Shown here: positions 57,376 through 64,000 of the stretch, piece by piece | Numbering within the stretch: position 1 is the first letter of the stretch | How the letters are laid out: each line of letters starts with the position of its first letter | Assembly: GCA_002762795.1 (NCBI GenBank) | Contig: PCYA01000014.1 | Location: 73,205 to 137,204 of the forward strand | DNA: 64,000 nt | Direction of reading: 5' to 3' | DNA from: Candidatus Woesearchaeota archaeon CG10_big_fil_rev_8_21_14_0_10_37_12 | Lineage (GTDB): Archaea; Nanobdellota; Nanobdellia; Woesearchaeales; ARS49 | The notes under the pieces: model-generated | Seen by the model: the letters and a program-made list of their open reading frames with translations, nothing else | Told to the model about the DNA's origin: nothing | Database searches by the model: none | Translations under genes and position numbers: made by a program

Positions 57376-58203
57376 ATGATAAGAATGGTGAATGTTAAGA
57401 AGCTTAATGGTGAGTTGCAAGAGTATGATCCTGCTAAGTTGAGAGTTTCTTTAAAGCGTGCAGGTGCTGATGATAAGCACATTGATAATATTTTGAGTGA
57501 TGTAAATAAAATTTTATATGATGGGGTTACTACGAGAAAATTGTTTAAGTTTGTGTTTTCACAATTAAAAAAGTGTGATCCAAAAACATCTTGTAAGTAT
57601 GATTTAAAAAATGCTATTATGCGTCTTGGACCTGAAGGTTTTGCGTTTGAAGAATATATTGGATATTTGTTTAAGCATTTAGGCTATAAAACAGACTTAA
57701 ACCAGTTTGCAAGAGGACAGTTTATTAGTCATGAAATTGATGTTATTGCCGAGAAAGGAAATGAGCGTTTGATGGTTGAATGTAAGCATCATAAGGAGGC
57801 GTGGATGGGGACGAGCATTCAGATTGCTTTGTATGTTTATGCGCGTTTTCTTGATGTTAAGAAAGAATTTTCTGCTCCTGTACTTGCAACGAATACGCAA
57901 TTTTCAGGTCAGGTAATGAAGTACGCAAAGGGTGTTGGTTTACGTTTGCTTGGTTGGAGAGATCCTAAAGGTAGTAATCTGGCTTTGTACGTTGAAAAAT
58001 TTAAGTTGTATCCTGTAACAATGTTGGATACTCTTAGCAAGGAAGATTTGAAGAATTTATTAAGAAATAAGATCATTCTTGTCGAAACGCTTGCTGCCAA
58101 AAGTGAAGCTGAAGTTGTTAAAGTATTAGGGATCTCAAGACAAAAAGCAAAAAAAGTGCATGATCAGGCTGTCGCATTGTGTCCTTCGTGTAAACTGAGT
58201 TAA
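57376..58203 (+). CDS. ATP-cone domain fused to an Mrr/restriction-endonuclease-like (PD-(D/E)xK) domain
   Basis: 275 aa. The N-terminal ~90 aa follow the ATP-cone pattern (VKKLNGELQEYDPAKLRVSLKRAG). The central HEIDVIAEK...LMVECKHH gives the D...E.K nuclease motif. The C-terminal region is helix-hairpin-helix-like. Confidence 0.5.
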   Translation: MIRMVNVKKLNGELQEYDPAKLRVSLKRAGADDKHIDNILSDVNKILYDGVTTRKLFKFVFSQLKKCDPKTSCKYDLKNAIMRLGPEGFAFEEYIGYLFKHLGYKTDLNQFARGQFISHEIDVIAEKGNERLMVECKHHKEAWMGTSIQIALYVYARFLDVKKEFSAPVLATNTQFSGQVMKYAKGVGLRLLGWRDPKGSNLALYVEKFKLYPVTMLDTLSKEDLKNLLRNKIILVETLAAKSEAEVVKVLGISRQKAKKVHDQAVALCPSCKLS

Positions 58204-58208
58204 TTTTA

Positions 58209-58373
58209 TTACATATATTCATCAGATCCATCGCTGTATCTTCCAGGATCTATTTCTTCGATGTGAACTTGAACTTTTTGTCCCGTGTTGTCTCTTATTG
58301 TAGCTGTTCCTCCCTTTAATTTATGGATTATTTTCTCAAGTTCATATTCCCACAAACCCTCAATTTCTGCCAT
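58209..58373 (-). CDS. Candidate small ORF (54 aa), convergent with the upstream gene
   Basis: MAEIEGLWEYELEKIIHKLKGGTATIRDNTGQKVQVHIEEIDPGRYSDGSDEYM*. It falls below the ORF-track threshold and no motif is recognised. Confidence 0.25.
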   Translation of the reverse strand: MAEIEGLWEYELEKIIHKLKGGTATIRDNTGQKVQVHIEEIDPGRYSDGSDEYM

Positions 58374-58435
58374 TAATAGCTTATAATTTAGCGTCGATAT
58401 ATATGTTTGGCTAAGAATTTATATAAAAAATAAAG

Positions 58436-58620
58436 CTCCCACCGGAGCAGAGCTCAGGGGGTACAACAAAAATTAAAGATTTTTGTGTACAACGAAAAAT
58501 ACCTTTTTCGCGTACAGAAAACCTCAAGGTTTTCTTGTACAAGAAAATTCGAGGAATTTTCTTTGTATTTTTAAACTTCATCGGGAAAAATCATACCGCA
58601 GCAGAGCTGCGGGGTATTAG
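58436..58620. repeat. Intergenic element: two ORB-like dyad-plus-G-string motifs flanking four tandem ~27-nt A/T hairpin units
   Basis: CCGGAGC-AGA-GCTCAGGGGGTAC at 58446-58468 and CCGCAGC-AGA-GCTGCGGGGTAT at 58596-58618 are hairpins with a compensatory G/C swap, each followed by a G4-5T string. Between them lie four tandem units GTACA(A/G)N plus a hairpin (CAAAAAT..ATTTTTG, CGAAAAA..TTTTTCG, GAAAACC..GGTTTTC, GAAAATTC..GAATTTTC). Confidence 0.4.
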
Positions 58621-58721
58621 ACCCAATGAAGAAATAAAAAACTTTGAACTATCTGTTTGCACTCTTAACTATTCACTTCGTATTATCCACCGCATACTTC
58701 TTACTGCAAACCACTCATTGT

Positions 58722-59288
58722 TTAAATTTTTCCCACTAAATCCAGTCCTGGTTTGAGTGTTTTTCCGCCTGGTTTCCAGCTTGCTGGGCAGACTTGTCCG
58801 GGGTTTTCTGCAACAAATTGTGCTGCTTGTAATCTTCGCAGTACTTCATGTACACTTCTTCCAATGCTGTTGTCATGGATGTCATATGATTTGATGTTTC
58901 CATCTGGATCAATAATGACTGTACACCGTAAGGAAAGTCCTTCTTCCTCAATGAGTGTACCGTAGTCTATGCAGATTTTTCTTGTTGGATCTGCGATCAT
59001 GGGAAACTTAATTTTTTTTATGGTTTCACTGTTGTCATGCCATGCTTTGTGTACAAATGCTGTGTCTGTGCTGACTGCAAGTACTTCTGTGTTTATTTTC
59101 GTGAATTCGTCGTAGTGGTCTGCAAATTCTCCAAGTTCTGTTGGACAGATAAATGTAAAATCTGCTGGATAAAATAGCAATACTACCCATTTGCCTTTGT
59201 AGCTTTTTAAGTCTATTTTTTGTATTGCATCAGTGTGATATGCTTCTGCATGGAATTCTGGTGCTTGTTTTCCTATGTATGTGTTCAT
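58722..59288 (-). CDS. Peroxiredoxin (AhpC/TSA family)
   Basis: 188 aa. The peroxidatic Cys lies in YPADFTFICPTEL, and a resolving Cys is near the C-terminus (GQVCPASW). Confidence 0.85.
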   Translation of the reverse strand: MNTYIGKQAPEFHAEAYHTDAIQKIDLKSYKGKWVVLLFYPADFTFICPTELGEFADHYDEFTKINTEVLAVSTDTAFVHKAWHDNSETIKKIKFPMIADPTRKICIDYGTLIEEEGLSLRCTVIIDPDGNIKSYDIHDNSIGRSVHEVLRRLQAAQFVAENPGQVCPASWKPGGKTLKPGLDLVGKI

Positions 59289-59377
59289 AAAATCTCCTCC
59301 CCGTATTTGATTCAGAACTAAGAGTATAAATAAATTATGATTTTACATGTACAATGTAGACAGTCCATCGTTTCTGC

Positions 59378-61645
59378 TTGCTGTATAATGCGTACTGCAT
59401 ACTAATTGTCGCTAGATTTATAAATGACCTTTCTTTACAATTCTTTGTGAAAAAGAGGTTGTTACCCTTAGTTTTGTTAGTTTCTTTGCTAGCGCTAGCA
59501 GTTGAAGCTATTCCAAGTGTAACAAATATTGAACATTTAGCTCCTGCTATTGTGAATAATAGTCAGACAAACATTACGCTGATGACATTCACATTAACAA
59601 CAATTGAGAATTTTCCGGCAGGTCGTTGGTCTGGCAGCGGCGCGTTCAGGGCAACAACATATACTGGCGCTCCAGGAGATATAAGTAAAGTTTCTTTGTA
59701 TGCTGACGACGGAAACAACATGTTCTCAAGCAATGATACTCTGTGCGGAAGTGCAACGACTGCATACAATAATCAGTTTTCATTTAAGCCAGGAGTTGAT
59801 TGTAATCTCGACACAAATGTTTCAAAAAAGTTTTTTGTTGTAATTGATATTGCAAGTTCTGCGCAAACAGGAAACGCTGTTGATTTGCGTATTGATGCAT
59901 ATAATTTATCATTTATGAGCGGTCTTGCCCCAACTTCTGCTATTAATCCTGCAGGGCAGGCATATGTAAATGCAATTATTCCTGATACGACAAATCCAGT
60001 TACAACACACAATATCCCAACAGCCTGGCAAAATGCTCTGTTTACTGTCCAGCTGGTTTGTACTGATTCTCAAAGTGGATGCGGAAGTCTGAATGCGTTA
60101 GTAAATGGAACACTTTCGAGTACGGCGGAGAACACATTAAACGTGCAGATAAGCACAGAAGGAATTCATACAATTGAATTTTGGAGTGTTGATAATACTG
60201 GTAATGAGGAAGCACATCAAACAAAAAATCTTTCTGTTGATTTAACTCGCCCAGCGCTGATTAATTTTACAACTAACACGAGTTTGGCAAATCAAAATGA
60301 TGTATTGCAGATAACTATTACGTTTTCAGATACGTTATCTGGTATTGAGCACGGTGTTTCGCCTGTGATTAGCTGGGAGAATTTGCCTGCAATGTGTGAT
60401 GGTACGTTTACTCAGACAAATTATTCTGGCAATGTTTGGAGAGGAACTACTGTTGTTCCTGCAAACTGTGATGGTACTGCAACAATTGTAGTAGCAGATA
60501 CGCAAGATATTGCAGGCAATAGAATTACCGAAACAAATGGAGGGTCTTTCACAATAGATAATACTGCTCCAGCAACTCCGAGTCTTGTAATTCCGTTAAA
60601 TAATGCTTTGTTGAATAATGATTCATTGACAAATAGTTCTGTGAACTTTTCATGGTCTGTGAGTAATATAAGCGATGTTGACCAATTTGCTGTGCAAATT
60701 GCAACAAACAGTAATTTCAGCTCAATAATTTCAGAAGTAAACACTACTGCAACAAGTGTTCTGAGAAATTTGAGTGAGGATGTTTATTATTGGCGCGTTA
60801 TATCTTATGATGCTGTTGGTAATGCTGCAAATTCTTCCAGCAACATGTTTGAGTTGTCTTCTCGCTTTATTGAAATTTTCACAGTGAACGTTACTGCAGG
60901 CGGAGTAACAACTCCTGTAACTGCTGGTTTGAGTCTTGTAATTAATACTACACAAAATAGTACGCTGTTTATTGCAGTCACAGAAAGCGAGGCAGGTTTG
61001 CCGAATGGTTTCACAGATCGTGTTGGAAGTGAATACGAGCTTTCAATAACAGATTTTGATAATGTTTCATGGCCTGTTGAATTAAATATTTATTATAACG
61101 ATTCAGTAATTGCTGGTTTAGATGAATCTTCTTTGCGCATTGGTTGGTTCTTGAATAATTGGAGTGTATTCCCTGCAAATACAAGTGGAGTAAATCTTTC
61201 TGAAAATTTTGCGTGGACAGATACTAATACGTTTATTCATATTAGCTTGTTTGCAAACGAAATACCGGCACCTTTCCAGCCATCAACGAGTCTTACAAAA
61301 AGAGGGCCTAGAAGCAGCGATAATGGCCGATCTAGTTCAGCAAAGTCAAGTACTGCGTCAACAAGTCAGGGCGAAACAACAAGTTCTGAACAGTCTACAG
61401 CACAAGCAACGCAAATCGATGAACCTGTGAAGGAGGCATTAACACCAATTCTGGAGCGTAAAGAAGCCAAACAGCGTGAAGATGCACCTGTTGAATTAGA
61501 ACCAGAAAGTTCTTCTACTGGGTTAATTACGACAGGAATTATCGCAGCAGCGCTTATCGCTTTAGCAGGGTATGGATTATCACGAAGAAAAAAAGGCAAA
61601 GGTGAATTAGAGACAAGCTTGCATAATGTTAGAAAAGGGATGTGA
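59378..61645 (+). CDS. Large secreted cell-surface protein with a Ser/Thr-rich stalk and a C-terminal transmembrane anchor with a basic tail
   Basis: 755 aa with an N-terminal signal/anchor (LLPLVLLVSLLALAVEA). It is Asn/Thr/Ser-rich with many N-x-S/T sequons. There is an S/T-rich linker (SSDNGRSSSAKSSTASTSQGETTSSEQS), then LITTGIIAAALIALAGYGLSRRKKGK. Confidence 0.55.
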   Translation: MLYNAYCILIVARFINDLSLQFFVKKRLLPLVLLVSLLALAVEAIPSVTNIEHLAPAIVNNSQTNITLMTFTLTTIENFPAGRWSGSGAFRATTYTGAPGDISKVSLYADDGNNMFSSNDTLCGSATTAYNNQFSFKPGVDCNLDTNVSKKFFVVIDIASSAQTGNAVDLRIDAYNLSFMSGLAPTSAINPAGQAYVNAIIPDTTNPVTTHNIPTAWQNALFTVQLVCTDSQSGCGSLNALVNGTLSSTAENTLNVQISTEGIHTIEFWSVDNTGNEEAHQTKNLSVDLTRPALINFTTNTSLANQNDVLQITITFSDTLSGIEHGVSPVISWENLPAMCDGTFTQTNYSGNVWRGTTVVPANCDGTATIVVADTQDIAGNRITETNGGSFTIDNTAPATPSLVIPLNNALLNNDSLTNSSVNFSWSVSNISDVDQFAVQIATNSNFSSIISEVNTTATSVLRNLSEDVYYWRVISYDAVGNAANSSSNMFELSSRFIEIFTVNVTAGGVTTPVTAGLSLVINTTQNSTLFIAVTESEAGLPNGFTDRVGSEYELSITDFDNVSWPVELNIYYNDSVIAGLDESSLRIGWFLNNWSVFPANTSGVNLSENFAWTDTNTFIHISLFANEIPAPFQPSTSLTKRGPRSSDNGRSSSAKSSTASTSQGETTSSEQSTAQATQIDEPVKEALTPILERKEAKQREDAPVELEPESSSTGLITTGIIAAALIALAGYGLSRRKKGKGELETSLHNVRKGM

Positions 61646-62020
61646 TCATCCCCAAATACCTAACAAAATACCAATAATTTCTACAATAACATATAACCAT
61701 ATGATGTAAAGAAGAGTTCCTGTTACGAATGTGATAAGTATCAGATTTATTATTTTATTTCTGTGTTGTTTTGCCTGGTCGAGAGTACAAATGCCTTTTT
61801 TTCTGAAATAAAACCATAAGCTAAGAGCAAGCAATAATAATCCTACTCCTCGAAATGCCCATTTGTATTGTCCATAGAATGTGTCTGCAAGGGATGATGC
61901 AAACGCAACGCTTGATAAACCAAATAATACTAAAACAATCGGGCTGAAACAACAAAGTCCAGCAACAAATGCAGGCAATGCTGTTATTTTGAAGATGTCT
62001 TTCCAACTGGTTTTTTGCAT
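61646..62020 (-). CDS. Hypothetical membrane protein (3-4 helices)
   Basis: 124-aa hydrophobic ORF. Confidence 0.4.
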   Translation of the reverse strand: MQKTSWKDIFKITALPAFVAGLCCFSPIVLVLFGLSSVAFASSLADTFYGQYKWAFRGVGLLLLALSLWFYFRKKGICTLDQAKQHRNKIINLILITFVTGTLLYIIWLYVIVEIIGILLGIWG

Positions 62021-62070
62021 TAATTTCTATAATCATTTTATTGTTTTTTAAAGATTATGAATTAAGAAAA

Positions 62071-62154
62071 CGCCAGCACCCGGATTTGAACCGGGATATC
62101 CTTTCGGAAACTGGTTTTCAAGACCAGCGCAATACCAGGTTATGCGATGCTGGC
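62071..62154 (-). tRNA. tRNA-Ser (anticodon UGA), no intron
   Basis: Acceptor GCCAGCA/UGCUGGC with discriminator G. Anticodon arm CUGGU-CUUGAAA-ACCAG gives UGA. The variable arm is long (UUUCCGAAAGGAUAU), and the T-arm is CCCGG-UUCAAAU-CCGGG. Confidence 0.8.
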
Positions 62155-62348
62155 ATAACTCTGCCACATCACGTGTTGTTTTTAAATGTTGCTGAAGATT
62201 CAGAGGAAATGCTGACGTAGTCAGGTATTGGTTAATTGTTCATAAGCAGCTCTCACTGTTTAAATATCTTCGTCTAAAAAGTTAAGAAAGCATTTTGGGA
62301 ATTCTACTTATCCTCTTCCAGCGTAACATCTTGCTTGTTGTCCTTCTG

Positions 62349-63470
62349 TTAATTCGCTTTTTGAGTATCTTGTTCTGTTACTTCTCCTGCATAGCTTATT
62401 TTCATTGCTTTTCTGTAGTCTTCAATTGTTGAACAGATGCCATTTCCTATGAGCCAGCGTACTTTGACGTCTACTGCTACATCTGTATGATCATAGCTTG
62501 GGATGCCTCCTGCTTTGATTGCTTCTAAGCCGACTTCGTAGTGTGCACCTCCTGCGCTGCCACCTACAAATTTTGTTGTGATAAATATTGGAGTCATGTA
62601 TTCTTCTGATGCTTGCTTTATGACTGGAATAAGATTGTATTGTCCTTCTGAACAGACATTGCCTTCTCCGAGTGATTTTAGAATGAGTGCTGATATGCCG
62701 CCGCCTGTTATGAACCCTAAAACTACATTTGGGTCTGTTCCTGGTGTTAGTTCAAAACTTATTACTCCTCTTCCGAATTTTGGTGCTAAGTTGAGTTTGT
62801 CTTGTGCATTTTCTTTTTTTCTGAGTAAATTTGTTTTTAGTGTGACTCCTTTTGCATCTATGACACCAACGCAGGGGCATGCTGGCGATACAAACGCGTC
62901 AAAGTCTTTTTCGCTTGCTTTTAATGTTCTGCTGCCAAGAAAAACTTTGTCCCAGAAGTTTACTATAACATCTGCAACATCTAATTCTATAGCTTTGTTT
63001 AATACTCTGAATAAATTTTCAAGGTTGAATCTTCCGTCTCCTCCAGGTTCGTAGAGGGGGTTTTGTGAGCCTGTTATGCAGATAGGTATTCGCAGTCCTG
63101 TTTTTCCGGGATTTTTACCGTGTAGTGCAAGTGCAAGTGCTGTTGATGTATATGCTAATGTGTCTGTTCCGTGTGCTATTGCAACTGCATCATAGCCTTC
63201 TTCGTCTTGCGCTTTCTTAATTCGAAAAATAAGTTTTTCCCAGTCGTTTGGAGACATATTTGTGCTATCTTTTGCTGTAACAAATTCAAAAATTATTTCT
63301 GATTCTTGTTTTAAGCTTTTTATGATTGGTTCGCAAGCGCTCTTAAAAATTGCAGAATCTTTTGGTGGAACTAATACAACATCATTTCCTCGTTGTTCAG
63401 GAACTTGGCCTATTGTTCCTCCGTTGTACAAAAATAAAATTTTTTTGGACATTTTGTTATTTCTCACCAA
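62349..63470 (-). CDS. L-asparaginase family protein (asparaginase/GatD-type amidohydrolase domain)
   Basis: 373 aa. The N-terminal LYNGGTIG matches the TGGTIAG motif, and IAHGTDTLAYTS is the second catalytic-threonine motif. Confidence 0.7.
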   Translation of the reverse strand: MVRNNKMSKKILFLYNGGTIGQVPEQRGNDVVLVPPKDSAIFKSACEPIIKSLKQESEIIFEFVTAKDSTNMSPNDWEKLIFRIKKAQDEEGYDAVAIAHGTDTLAYTSTALALALHGKNPGKTGLRIPICITGSQNPLYEPGGDGRFNLENLFRVLNKAIELDVADVIVNFWDKVFLGSRTLKASEKDFDAFVSPACPCVGVIDAKGVTLKTNLLRKKENAQDKLNLAPKFGRGVISFELTPGTDPNVVLGFITGGGISALILKSLGEGNVCSEGQYNLIPVIKQASEEYMTPIFITTKFVGGSAGGAHYEVGLEAIKAGGIPSYDHTDVAVDVKVRWLIGNGICSTIEDYRKAMKISYAGEVTEQDTQKAN

Positions 63471-63676
63471 ATTTGCTGATTTGTTTTAATGAAATTTCTC
63501 CGTTAAGTATTTCTTGAATAATTCTCTTCCCAAAAGGTTGTAGTGTTTCCATATTCTTGTAAAGCAAAAAAACCCATATATTAGTGTATTCCAAAAAATG
63601 TTGTAAATATTTCCAAAAACACCATAAAATTTATAAAAAATGGAATATTTTTCCAGTTTTAATGTGAGAAACGAAA

Positions 63677-64000
63677 ATGAAACTTGATGATAAAGACCGC
63701 GCAATTATTAGAGAGTTGCTGAAGAACAGTAAACAAACAACGAGTCAATTAGGTAAAAAGCTAAACATGCCTATTACAACAGTTCATAATAGGATTAAAA
63801 AACTGGAAAAAGAGCAAATTATCAGGCATTATACTGTAAATCTTGATTACAAAAAACTTGGTCAGCCAATTCTTGCGTTTATTGGTGTGACAATAAATTA
63901 TCAAGCAGATCCTAAAAAACTAATTAACCAAACAGAAATTGCAAAAGAAATCAAGAAAATTTCTTGTGTTCAGGAATGTACTATTATGACTGGAGGAACT
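63677..64000 (+). CDS. Lrp/AsnC-family transcriptional regulator (3' end runs off the window)
   Basis: MKLDDKDRAIIRELLKNSKQTTSQLGKKLNMPITTVHNRIKKLEKEQIIRHYTVNLDYKKLG... is the HTH_AsnC pattern followed by the start of an AsnC_trans-like domain. No stop occurs before the window end. Confidence 0.65.
   Translation, partial: MKLDDKDRAIIRELLKNSKQTTSQLGKKLNMPITTVHNRIKKLEKEQIIRHYTVNLDYKKLGQPILAFIGVTINYQADPKKLINQTEIAKEIKKISCVQECTIMTGGT

Noticed and set aside
58436-58620. Possible CRISPR-like array
   Set aside because: The units conserve structure (A/T hairpins) rather than sequence, the repeat is only about 7 nt (GTACAAN), and there are only four units and no cas genes.

Overview
This looks like a low-GC archaeal chromosomal segment (roughly 35-38% GC), probably from a DPANN-like lineage. 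The archaeal assignment rests on four observations from the sequence: intron-containing tRNA genes with a bulge-helix-bulge-type layout, an archaeal/eukaryal-type aspartyl-tRNA synthetase, ribosomal protein eL13, and repeated TrmB- and Lrp/AsnC-family regulators. Coding density is high on both strands. I call housekeeping genes: endonuclease V, class I/II aminotransferase, TruD/Pus7, bifunctional aspartokinase-homoserine dehydrogenase, a HAD hydrolase, a HIT-family protein, eL13, AspRS, MgtE, a peroxiredoxin, a glutaredoxin-like protein, an asparaginase-family protein and a SepF-like protein. There is a four-gene FtsX/MacB-type ABC exporter operon, a fused ABC exporter, a UvrD-like helicase with an HRDC tail, a Ski2-like DExH helicase, and two toxin-antitoxin pairs (RelE with an AbrB-type antitoxin, and VapBC). 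I find seven tRNA or tRNA-like genes: tRNA-Arg(UCG) and tRNA-Ser(GGA) with introns, two tRNA-Ala, a CAU tRNA, tRNA-Ser(UGA), and one unresolved tRNA-like gene with an internal insertion. The accessory content is dominated by a module repeated five times between 27.6 and 53.4 kb. Each module is an orphan LivK-like substrate-binding lipoprotein divergently paired with a TrmB-like regulator (once a tandem winged-helix regulator), and no ABC permease or ATPase partner is nearby. Other notable items are a GC-richer three-gene island at 15.4-18.9 kb that is delimited by a bidirectional terminator-like hairpin, an Asn-codon-rich leader ORF followed by a terminator hairpin upstream of AspRS, a bacterial-type Lgt with many lipobox proteins, tandem tRNA-derived repeats beside tRNA-Arg, and an intergenic array at 58.4-58.6 kb that resembles archaeal origin recognition boxes. 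All calls come from reading the sequence and remembered family motifs. No database searches were run.
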